A stretch of 64,000 nt of DNA from an uncultured Verrucomicrobiae bacterium (GTDB taxonomy: Bacteria > Verrucomicrobiota > Verrucomicrobiia > Chthoniobacterales > JAFAMB01): the NCBI GenBank assembly GCA_963762565.1, contig CAVXLD010000011.1:1-64000 (forward strand). Reading direction: 5' to 3'. Shown here in pieces: positions 9,576 through 18,020 of this stretch. The notes beneath the pieces are model-generated. The model did no database searches, was not told the origin of the DNA, and saw only the letters and a program-made list of their open reading frames with translations. Positions within the stretch are counted from its first letter, which is position 1. Each line of letters starts with the position of its first letter. The position numbers and the translations under genes are program-made.

Positions 9576-11126
9576 CTATCCCCTCGCGTACCGTTTCAGA
9601 GTAAATCGCAGGTTGATCCATGACAGCGTTCCAACAATAAAAAACAATAGCGTGGCGATGGCACTGGCTAAACCGTAGTTCGCCCCTGCATCACGGAATG
9701 CCAGGTTATAAGTGTAGGTTACTAATATGTCCGTCTCGCCGGCGATCCCGCCGCCGGGCATTCTAGGTTCGCCTGCAGTCAATAAATAGATAAGCGCGAA
9801 GTTATTGAAGCTAAACGCGAAGCTCGCCACCAGCACTGGGAATAGCGGAGGCAACACCAGTGGTAGCGTTAAATAAAAGAAGTTTAGCACCGGATTACTG
9901 CCCTCGATGGCCGCGGACTCGTAGATGGTTGAAGGAATCGACTGCAACATTCCTGTGCAGATCAACATCATGTAGGGATAGCCCAGCCAGACATTCACTA
10001 ACAGGATCATGGCCCGTGCCGCCCAAGGATCGGTCTCCCAAGCAGGAGCAAACCCCAGAACCGCCTTGAGGAGTTGATTTACGGCTCCGAATTCCTGATT
10101 AAAGAGTCCTCTCAGAATCAGGAGCGATAAGATTCCGGGCACTGCGTACGGAAGAATAAGTAACGTCCGGTAAAGCTTTTTGAATTTCAGTTCTCGCCAT
10201 TCCAAAATCACTGCCAGCAAGATCCCGGCTGTAAACGTTCCCAGCACGGAGCAGATAGAGAAGGCCAGCGTCCAGACAAAGATTCGGAAAAAAGGGCCCT
10301 GGATTCGCGGGTCGGTGATGATTTGAACGTAGTTATCGAGACCAGCAAAAGACCGGAATCCGGGTCCAATCTGTTCTCCAGTTTGATCGAGAAAACGGCC
10401 TCCACGAAAGTCCGGCCGAACAACCGAGCCGTCGATCTGATTGGTCAGAGAGCCGTCCGGATTAGTTTTCCAGACCCGCCGCTGAGTAATGAAATGCTCC
10501 AAGTCGGCCTTTCCCACCAGAATGTCCCCGGGCAACTTGAAAGGGACGTTGCGCAGCGGTTGGTAGAGGCGGTCGCGAGCAATCGTACGCGGATCCAAGA
10601 CTTCCCCAGGAATCTGGTCATTGGGCGGAACTTGGTTCAGCTGGATGGTATCTTCCGAAAAAGCGCCGTCATGACCCGGGATCAGGGTGATGGGTTCCGA
10701 AACGAACCGATCTTCCGGCTTTTTTTCGTTTTTCAATTCGAGAATGAACCGCCCGTCGGCTTGGCGGTGCAGCCAGAAATTGAAAGTGTCCGAACTGGAG
10801 ACAGTGACCTCCGCCTTAAAACGGAGGAGAACGTCGGACAGGTTCAGCAGATGATTGGCGCTATACCGAGTCAGGCTGATGTAAACCACCAGGCAGATTG
10901 GGAAGATGACGAAGAGAGCGAACGCCAGTAGCCCGGGAAAAAGATAGCGATACGTTTCTGCTCTGGGATTGAGATAAATAAAAAATCCAAGGCAAGTAAC
11001 CGCTAACAGCCCGAGCGCGACCAGGTCGCCGCCAGACCGGTAGGCAGCGAGACAGAGGTAGAGCGCGGCTAAAGCCGCTACCGCCACCAGAATATTCCGG
11101 AGGGAAAAAATTGAAGGCAAATTCAC
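9576..11126 (-). CDS. malF: Maltose/maltodextrin ABC permease with large periplasmic loop
   Basis: Motifs YRYLFPG, YRTLLILPYAVP, LFNQEFG, VNVWLGYPYMM and AGETDILV. Confidence 0.92.
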   Translation of the reverse strand: MNLPSIFSLRNILVAVAALAALYLCLAAYRSGGDLVALGLLAVTCLGFFIYLNPRAETYRYLFPGLLAFALFVIFPICLVVYISLTRYSANHLLNLSDVLLRFKAEVTVSSSDTFNFWLHRQADGRFILELKNEKKPEDRFVSEPITLIPGHDGAFSEDTIQLNQVPPNDQIPGEVLDPRTIARDRLYQPLRNVPFKLPGDILVGKADLEHFITQRRVWKTNPDGSLTNQIDGSVVRPDFRGGRFLDQTGEQIGPGFRSFAGLDNYVQIITDPRIQGPFFRIFVWTLAFSICSVLGTFTAGILLAVILEWRELKFKKLYRTLLILPYAVPGILSLLILRGLFNQEFGAVNQLLKAVLGFAPAWETDPWAARAMILLVNVWLGYPYMMLICTGMLQSIPSTIYESAAIEGSNPVLNFFYLTLPLVLPPLFPVLVASFAFSFNNFALIYLLTAGEPRMPGGGIAGETDILVTYTYNLAFRDAGANYGLASAIATLLFFIVGTLSWINLRFTLKRYARG

Positions 11127-11218
11127 TTAGAGCTTTTGGGGAAACTGCAACGATACCGTTGCAGGCTCTGCGGCAGAGTCTAGCCGGATTTTTTCGTCAG
11201 CCGATGAAAAAATTTTCT

Positions 11219-11402
11219 TGGAGCGCTGCCTCGCTTGCGAGGCCGATGGTTAGCAAGGGCGAGGACGAATCAGACCGATTCTCACGCTACGCTCTCGAGC
11301 GTTATTGAAGGCAGGTTGCGACGTAGAGCGCTGACACAAGTTGGCCGTGCATCATTGATGTTCCCTTGTTCACCACGCCTCGCAAACGAGGCAGCGCTCC
11401 AC
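11219..11402. repeat. REP-like doublet, TGGAGCGCTGCCTCGCTTGCGAGGC family
   Basis: Inverted pair; related copies at 49013-49258 and half copies at 31018 and 47376. Confidence 0.8.
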
Positions 11403-11527
11403 GGCTCGCACCCAACGATCGGCCTCCTGGCGCGCGGGCCGGAACCGTTCAACCGGCTGGAATGCCGCTCAACCTGGTGGGCTGCTGGAAAAGATGTCGA
11501 GCTTGCATGCAACGTCCCTTCGCGGCA

Positions 11528-11743
11528 ATGATTTGGGCTGTGATCTGTCGAAAGCTTTTCTTGCCGATCCTCGCCTCGCTAACACTGGTCCTCTTTGTGT
11601 CCGGATGTTCCTTTGCTGCAGACAACGTGCCCGGGATAAGCGACCCGGCCAGCGCTGCTCCTGCCTCGACTCCGCAAGTGCCGGAATCAGAGAAAACCAA
11701 TGATTTCGGAAACGGAGCCCAGCCCCCGCCCCAAGGCCTCTAG
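11528..11743 (+). CDS. Putative small lipoprotein
   Basis: Basic plus hydrophobic N-terminus ending in a lipobox-like VSGC, followed by a Pro/Ala-rich tail. Confidence 0.5.
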   Translation: MIWAVICRKLFLPILASLTLVLFVSGCSFAADNVPGISDPASAAPASTPQVPESEKTNDFGNGAQPPPQGL

Positions 11744-11751
11744 AGCCCTCT

Positions 11752-11873
11752 GCTAACAGCAAATAGCGAACCAGATGCCTCAATAGGCAAGGTCTCTCGC
11801 GGGTTTTCCAAGCTTCAGCAACGGCCTTACTCCGCCGAGCGCCCAATTTGCTATCTGCTATTTGCTATTTGTC
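11752..11873. repeat. CAAATAG / CTATTTG heptamer bracket
   Basis: GCTAACAGCAAATAGCGAA ... TTTGCTATCTGCTATTTGCTATTTG. Confidence 0.65.
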
Positions 11874-11902
11874 ATTTTTTTGGGCGAGCCTAAGGCGAGC
11901 CC

Positions 11903-11938
11903 AAAAAAAATCTCCCCGCCTGTTGCCAAGCGGGGAGA
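11903..11938 (-). terminator. Rho-independent terminator of the porin gene
   Basis: On the minus strand TCTCCCCGC-loop-GCGGGGAGA is followed by T8, about 35 nt after the stop. Confidence 0.85.
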
Positions 11939-11973
11939 TCAATTTGCTGCTAACTAAGCGATATTGATTCGGT

Positions 11974-13923
11974 CTAGAAGTACCACTCAACCTGGGTGCC
12001 GAAGAGCCAACCATGATTGGTGTTGCCGTTGTACGGCGCCATGTAATCCCCGCCACCATTTTCACCAGCCGGTGTCGTCAACCCTTTAAGGGAGTCAGAC
12101 CAGATGGAGTAGGTGGCAAAGAAACGGAGCTCAGGTCTGGTATAGTAACCGCCTTTCGGCTTGATCACGGGGCCGACGCTAAAGACGCCTAACCAACCGT
12201 TTTTGCCAAAGCCCGGATAACCAGAAGCGCCGTTAAGGGTGTTGCTCTCGTAAACGCCCGCGGCATCTCCTTGGATGGCGATATTATCGGTAATCCAGAA
12301 GGCTGGACGCGTACCGAAGTCAACCCAATGGACCCGACCTGAAGCTATTTTCGACGTTACCACTGCGCCGGGGGCCACCACGTTCCCGCCGATACCAACC
12401 CCAGGTCCGGTGGTTCCACCGACCGCTGAGCCATCATAGCTTTCGTTCCAGTTGGCCCAGAGACCGACAGAGAACCATGGCTGACTTGGCGCCGGAGCTG
12501 GTGCTGGCGGTGCTACCGCTTTACCATCTTTCGACATTCCAGGAGCTGGAGCTGGCGCAGCATGGTACCACGGTAGAGCAACATAGGCTTGGAACCCTGC
12601 CCTATAAACGAACGAATGATTGATCGCGTCAGTGGTAACGGTATTGCCGCGGGTAAAATCGTCGGGTTTTCCCGCGGTGTCATGAGCTTCGGCGGTGAAG
12701 TTAGCCAGGCTTGCAGCCGCATTAATCGAGCCGAAGTCGTCGCCAGCGCCGAAGTTCGTCGCACCTCTGCCAAATAAGGCAAAAGCCGTGAACGAATTGT
12801 TTCCGCCACCGGGTCCGAACTGGACATTATAGATCGCACCGCCACCAATACCCCAGGCGGATTTCGAGTGGAGGGCGATTGGCTCGCCGTCACTGTCCGT
12901 AATCGGTACTATGGCGCCCGTAGTACTGTACGTCTGGTTAAAGGTTCCACCCCTTTCGAAGTTACCGATCAGGACCAGTGCCAAGGTACCAGGGATCGGG
13001 CCAAGCGAGATGTTCTTCAACCGGGCGTCCCATGTTTGCTTAAAGAGCGTGCCTATATTCGGAGATAGGAAGCTATCATTCAGACCACCGAGCCAGGCCA
13101 GGGAAAGTTGTCCGATCCCAGCCGGGATGTTATAGACACCAACGCCGTAACCGGAGGTATCCAGCCAGAACCAGTCATCTGGGTCGGTGTTGAACCGGTC
13201 ATAGAACCGTTCACCACCCCAGAAGGTGACCTCAGGTGCAGTCTTAAATACGTTCTTCATCTCCAGGAAAGCCTGGCGTAGAACGAATTTAAAGTCTTGC
13301 CCACCCGACTCTACTCCTTGAGCGCTGTTAACTGTGAAGGTGTTGCGGCTCTGCTGGTAAACGATAGCTGGAGTGAACGTCATGGAGACATCCATTACGT
13401 CCGGGCTATCACCCAACATGTGGGCCTGCATCCAGGTCAACTCCATGTAGGTATCGTTTTCGTTACCCAGACGCTCACGACCGCCGGGCGCGTTCGGTAT
13501 ATCGAAACTGAAGTTGCCGCCGCCCCCGTTACCGTTGAACTGGAACCCGGCACGAATGTATGTCGAGAACGTGAAGTTACGGGTCAACGACTTTAAGAAC
13601 GACTCGTCTAGCGTTGGCGCCGCCGAGACTTCCTTGCCATCGGCATCGGTTAGGATGCGGGTATTCAGGATCGAGCCGCTGTCAGCTTTGGATTCCAAAG
13701 CCTTCATCTCGGCTTCCATCGCAGTAATACGATCTTCGTACTCCTTCTGCATCTTCTGCATTTGGGTCTTTAATGCAGAAACATCATTACTCTGTTGACT
13801 GCTCTGACCAGAGTTCTGGTCAGCGTTTTGGGCAAAAAGCCCACCAGAAGCCAGCAGCGTAAGGCTCGCAGCTAGCAACGGTCTTAGACCCGGGAGTCTG
13901 GGGAAACTAACCGGAAGACACAT
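11974..13923 (-). CDS. LamB-family carbohydrate porin with N-terminal coiled coil
   Basis: Signal peptide, coiled coil, RLGNENDTYMEL, FWGGERFYDR, RPELRFFATY and C-terminal FGTQVEWYF. Confidence 0.9.
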   Translation of the reverse strand: MCLPVSFPRLPGLRPLLAASLTLLASGGLFAQNADQNSGQSSQQSNDVSALKTQMQKMQKEYEDRITAMEAEMKALESKADSGSILNTRILTDADGKEVSAAPTLDESFLKSLTRNFTFSTYIRAGFQFNGNGGGGNFSFDIPNAPGGRERLGNENDTYMELTWMQAHMLGDSPDVMDVSMTFTPAIVYQQSRNTFTVNSAQGVESGGQDFKFVLRQAFLEMKNVFKTAPEVTFWGGERFYDRFNTDPDDWFWLDTSGYGVGVYNIPAGIGQLSLAWLGGLNDSFLSPNIGTLFKQTWDARLKNISLGPIPGTLALVLIGNFERGGTFNQTYSTTGAIVPITDSDGEPIALHSKSAWGIGGGAIYNVQFGPGGGNNSFTAFALFGRGATNFGAGDDFGSINAAASLANFTAEAHDTAGKPDDFTRGNTVTTDAINHSFVYRAGFQAYVALPWYHAAPAPAPGMSKDGKAVAPPAPAPAPSQPWFSVGLWANWNESYDGSAVGGTTGPGVGIGGNVVAPGAVVTSKIASGRVHWVDFGTRPAFWITDNIAIQGDAAGVYESNTLNGASGYPGFGKNGWLGVFSVGPVIKPKGGYYTRPELRFFATYSIWSDSLKGLTTPAGENGGGDYMAPYNGNTNHGWLFGTQVEWYF

Positions 13924-14126
13924 TGTTTTGATTATGGTTACTCCTCGATATTAGGGGGATATGGTTGAAGGGCACTATACGACTACCGAAATTTGCAATG
14001 TTCTGTCGAGAGAAAATGTGAAAAATTTTTAAACATTTTTTCACCTTCCTCTGTCACCGAACTTCCCCCTCGGGAGCCTAGTGGCACGAGCGAGGTCGGA
14101 AATAGGCGCTCGGCTCCGAGCCCGAA

Positions 14127-14345
14127 TAGGACTTATGGGACCTATGGGATGCCGCCGAATGGGCGAAAGGGCGAATGGGCGAAGGGGGCGGATAGGAACC
14201 GGTGGCTCTTACGTCCGCACACCGTCACGCCCACACGCCCTTTCGCCCTTTCGCCGGTGCGCCGGTGCGCCGTTTGGTCCGCCACGCTGGCACGCTTCCC
14301 GACTTCGCAAAGCCTACGTCGCGGCCGGCCTTGAACTCCTCCTAC
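14127..14345. repeat. Nested 9-mer/8-mer bracket plus 30-nt motif
   Basis: ATGGGACCT units, GGCGAAWG / CTTTCGCC octamers, then CCGACTTCGCAAAGCCTACGTCGCGG-CCTTGAACTCCTCCT as at 2883. Confidence 0.75.
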
Positions 14346-14390
14346 TCCTCCCTGATAGGTATCCTATCGCCGACAATGGGGGGCGGTAAT

Positions 14391-15938
14391 ATGACAGATA
14401 CATTGATTGAAAATCCGTTGAGAGAAGGGCTTGTGTCTCGGGCGGCACCAGGCACGTGTGCGATCGTTATCTTTGGTGCGACCGGCGACCTGACGCACCG
14501 GAAGTTGATCCCGGCCTTATACAATTTGGCTGCCGACGGCGATCTGCCGCCAGGCTTAAGCGTTGTCGGCTTTGCTCGCCGGGACAAGAAAGACGAAGAG
14601 TTCCGGCAGGAGCTTTACGAGGCGGCTCGCAAATATTCGCGTCAGCCGGTCGATGATGCACTCTGGAAGAATTTTGCTAGCTCGATCTTTTATCATCGCA
14701 GCGAATTTTCGGACGAAGAAGGTTATCGCCGCCTGGGTGAACGTCTCGCAGAAATTGACCGGGAGCGGGGCACCCGCGGCAACCGGATCTATTATCTGTC
14801 AGCAGGTCCGGACCAGTTTGAGCCGATTCTCACTCATTTGACTGCGACCGGCCTCAATCGAGCTGCCGACGGGGCATGGGCCCGTATCATTGTGGAGAAA
14901 CCGTTCGGTGTGGATCTCGAGACTGCGCAGCGCCTCAATAGCGCAGTGAACCATGGGTTCAAAGAACAAGACACCTTCCGAATTGACCATTACCTGGGAA
15001 AAGAAACTGCTCAGAACATCATGGTTCTGCGATTTGCGAACGCGCTTTTCGAGCACCTTTGGAACCACCGCTACATTGACCACGTCCAGATTACCGCCAG
15101 CGAGAAGCTAGGCGTCGAAAACCGGGCCGGTTATTACGAGGGGGCCGGTGCGTTACGGGATATGGTGCAGAACCATTTACTGCAACTTCTCTGCTTGATC
15201 GCAATGGAGCCGCCGACGGACCTCAGCGCAGATTCAATTCGAGATGAGAAAGTAAAGGTCCTGCGTTCTCTCCGCCGGATCCGAGGGGAAACCGTGTTCC
15301 AGAATGTTGTGCGCGGCCAATACACCGATGGTTCGATCGATGGTGAGTCCGCAGTCGGTTACCGGCAGGAAAAGAACGTAAATCCCGGATCAATGACCGA
15401 GACTTATGCCGGGCTTAAAATCCTGATCGACAATTGGCGCTGGGCCGATGTGCCTTTTTATGTGCGGGTTGGGAAACGACTGCCAAAAGGCGGGACCGAG
15501 ATCGGGATCCATTTTAAGAATGCGCCGGGAGTATTGTTCAACCGTGACCAACCGAGCGGCCGGGACGGAGTCCAGAACGTTCTGGTGATCCGGATCCAGC
15601 CTGACGAAGGTGTTTCGCTCCGCATCCAATCGAAGGTACCGGGAGCGAGTGTGCAGATTCAGCCGGTAAAAATGGATTTCAGGTATGGCACCTCTTTTGG
15701 AAAAGCCAGCCCGGAGGCATACGAGCGCCTTTTACTCGATGCGATGGCAGGGGATGCCACTCTGTTTGCCCGGCGGGACGAGGTCGAAGAAGCCTGGCGA
15801 TTTATCGATGACATCGAGGCCGGCTGGCGGGAGCATGGCAACGAAAAAAACCTGGCCTTTTACTCGGCCGGGAGCTGGGGACCCGCAGAGGCGGATGCGT
15901 TGATTGAGCAGGACGGGCGGGGGTGGCGAAGACTGTGA
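14391..15938 (+). CDS. zwf: Glucose-6-phosphate 1-dehydrogenase
   Basis: Motifs IFGATGDL, EKPFG, RIDHYLGKE, RDMVQNHLLQ and AYERLLLD; likely start MTDTLIENPL. Confidence 0.97.
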   Translation: MTDTLIENPLREGLVSRAAPGTCAIVIFGATGDLTHRKLIPALYNLAADGDLPPGLSVVGFARRDKKDEEFRQELYEAARKYSRQPVDDALWKNFASSIFYHRSEFSDEEGYRRLGERLAEIDRERGTRGNRIYYLSAGPDQFEPILTHLTATGLNRAADGAWARIIVEKPFGVDLETAQRLNSAVNHGFKEQDTFRIDHYLGKETAQNIMVLRFANALFEHLWNHRYIDHVQITASEKLGVENRAGYYEGAGALRDMVQNHLLQLLCLIAMEPPTDLSADSIRDEKVKVLRSLRRIRGETVFQNVVRGQYTDGSIDGESAVGYRQEKNVNPGSMTETYAGLKILIDNWRWADVPFYVRVGKRLPKGGTEIGIHFKNAPGVLFNRDQPSGRDGVQNVLVIRIQPDEGVSLRIQSKVPGASVQIQPVKMDFRYGTSFGKASPEAYERLLLDAMAGDATLFARRDEVEEAWRFIDDIEAGWREHGNEKNLAFYSAGSWGPAEADALIEQDGRGWRRL

Positions 15939-15941
15939 AAG

Positions 15942-16552
15942 GTGATTGGTGATTAGTGATTGGTGATTGGTGGTTTATGAGCGCTGCGAGGTCATTCCGC
16001 GATCTTAGGGTTTATCAATTGGCTAGGTCCGCAGCCAGCGAGGTCCTTGAGGTTAGCAAATGCTTTCCGCGCGAGGAGCGGTATGCGTTGACAGATCAGA
16101 TTAGACGGTCGGCAAAGGCAACCAAAGCCATGATTGCCGAAGCTTGGGCTCGAAGACGATACAAAGCGGTTTTTATCAACAAACTTGATGAGGCACTAGG
16201 CGAACCGAGCGAGACTCAGTCTTGGCTCGATGATGCGCTAGATTCTGGGTACATCGATATTGATCAGTTCAGTAGAATGGATGCCACCTGGCGATCGATC
16301 GGAGGAATGGTCGGTCGCATGATTGATCGTGCAGCCGATTTTTGTAAGTACGCGTCTGATACCGACTATCGTGGAACGGTGATGGAAGGACCAGCCAGTC
16401 TGGATGAAGCGCTGTTTAATGACCTGGATGATGTTGCTACTTAAGAAGGTGAGCGAGCGACTAACCGATAAAAAGATATCTCGTTTGGCCGCGCCACTGC
16501 TCTCGGCCCGGCGCCGTCTTCCACCAATCACCAATCACTAATCACCAATCAC
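15942..16552. mobile_element. Heptamer-bracketed cassette carrying a four-helix-bundle gene
   Basis: Perfect 32-bp inverted repeat (15942-15973 with 16521-16552) built from GTGATTR units. Mobility is inferred, not shown. Confidence 0.7.
15977..16444 (+). CDS. Four helix bundle protein (23S rRNA IVP / TIGR02436 family)
   Basis: Motifs SFRDLRVYQ, FPREERYALTDQIRRSA, IAEAW.RRRY and E..ETQSWL..A..GYI. Confidence 0.92.
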   Translation: MSAARSFRDLRVYQLARSAASEVLEVSKCFPREERYALTDQIRRSAKATKAMIAEAWARRRYKAVFINKLDEALGEPSETQSWLDDALDSGYIDIDQFSRMDATWRSIGGMVGRMIDRAADFCKYASDTDYRGTVMEGPASLDEALFNDLDDVAT

Positions 16553-16557
16553 ATTTT

Positions 16558-17613
16558 ATGTCCGCCCCCACTACCCCCAGAAACATCACCCGCGGAATGC
16601 CCATCGAAATCGGCAAGATCAACCGCAGCCTAACCCAACTGTGGGAACGAGAGGGAGATCAGCTGGTCAAGGCTTCGCTCGTAAATTTTGCGGTCTATAG
16701 CGAGGCTTCTGATGCGCTGACTTATAACACCAATCTCATGGAAGAGATTACGCGGGAACACGCTTGCCGCGCCATCTTGCTTGCTGCAAACCCGCTTGCT
16801 CCAAAACGCAGGATTCAAGCTTGGATTAGCGCTCATTGTCATCTGACCGGAGGCGGCGCCCGAGAAGTTTGTAGTGAACAAATTGCGTTTCTTTTGGAAG
16901 GCACCGGACCGGAAACAATGCGCAGTGTTTTATTCAGTCACCTGGATTCCGACCTGCCTCTGTATCTATGGTGGCAAGGTCCGTTCACTGGCAGTCTTGA
17001 CGTCCAGCTTTGGAGATGGGTTGACCGATTCTTCTTCGATAGTTGTTCCTGGCGTAACCCCAGCCGCCAGATGCAGATTCTTCGCGAATCGGTTGCCAGC
17101 GCTCGTTCTCGCATTGTGTTGTGCGATCTGAACTGGCGACGTTTGATTTATCTGCGGTTAGCGATGGCCCAGATGTTTGACCAACCTTGGGCCGCGGAGA
17201 AGCTCCGCACGATTAAAGCGCTAACGATCGTGTTCCATCCTGAGTATCAAACCACTGCCGTATTACTCGTGGCCTGGTTTGCCAGCCAGCTCCGCTGGGA
17301 ATTAATCGAACACTCCGATACCGAGTTCAAATTCGCCAAGCGCGGGGCCCAGGAGCCGGTCCGAGTTATCTTACAAGCGGTGCCGGGACAATGGGTCAGC
17401 GAGGTCCGAATCGATTTCGGCGAAGGATCATTCGATCTTAACTGGTCCGGTAAATTCTTAGAATGCAGCTGGTCCGATTATCAGGGCGTAAAGCAGCTTC
17501 TCCCTGCCGGCGGCACGACCATTGCCGACCTGGTAAGCGAAGAACTGGCACGAGGCGGAGAACATGTGACCTATCTTCGCGCCTTGGGCCTGGCGGAACG
17601 ACTCTGGGACTGA
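16558..17613 (+). CDS. opcA: G6PDH assembly protein OpcA
   Basis: Motifs EHACRAIL, AWISAHCH, VCSEQI, DLPLYLWWQG and DLNWRRL; follows zwf. Confidence 0.9.
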   Translation: MSAPTTPRNITRGMPIEIGKINRSLTQLWEREGDQLVKASLVNFAVYSEASDALTYNTNLMEEITREHACRAILLAANPLAPKRRIQAWISAHCHLTGGGAREVCSEQIAFLLEGTGPETMRSVLFSHLDSDLPLYLWWQGPFTGSLDVQLWRWVDRFFFDSCSWRNPSRQMQILRESVASARSRIVLCDLNWRRLIYLRLAMAQMFDQPWAAEKLRTIKALTIVFHPEYQTTAVLLVAWFASQLRWELIEHSDTEFKFAKRGAQEPVRVILQAVPGQWVSEVRIDFGEGSFDLNWSGKFLECSWSDYQGVKQLLPAGGTTIADLVSEELARGGEHVTYLRALGLAERLWD

Positions 17614-17639
17614 TTTCCAGGAGCTAGGAGGGGCGTGTT

Positions 17640-17948
17640 GGCGAAACGGCGAATCGGCGCACCGGCGAATGGGCGCGTCGTGGCGGTAGGGCAAAAATCT
17701 CGGCGCGTCGCGGACGGACCATTCAGACCACGTGTATGCGCGCCGGATTTGAGCCGAGCCGTGGGGTTGCTACCTCGCCGGCTTCGATGGTCCACAGAAC
17801 GGTTACTCGCTGGATGTTGCAGCGTGCACGCATGGCTCAAATCCGGCGCGTAGACATCGATGGAAACGGCACGTCGTGGGCGCGCCGAGATTTTCGCCCT
17901 ACCGGCACCACGCGCCCATTCGCCGGTGCGCCGATTCGCCGTTTCGCC
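17640..17948. repeat. GGCGMAHN octamer bracket, perfect 39-bp inverted repeat
   Basis: 17640-17678 is the exact reverse complement of 17910-17948; the IR continues imperfectly inward. Confidence 0.9.
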
Positions 17949-18020
17949 CACACGGCGCCCCTTGCGTTCGCCCGACAACACGCTATCTACTGCCCAATCG
18001 CCAACCGCCAACCCCCGACG

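Noticed and set aside
13933..13946. ATA start for the porin, 5 nt after GAGGAG and in frame with the ATG at 13923
   Set aside because: A canonical ATG four codons downstream gives a workable signal peptide; the sequence alone cannot favour ATA.
14202..14390. Long N-terminal extensions in the ORF track (zwf; also 17736, 27841, 32856, 34015, 35085, 45773, 50998)
   Set aside because: The extensions run through repeat cassettes, and family homology begins at later start codons.
15977..16444. Diversity-generating retroelement built around an Avd-like gene
   Set aside because: No reverse transcriptase and no template/variable repeat pair differing at adenines is visible in the window.
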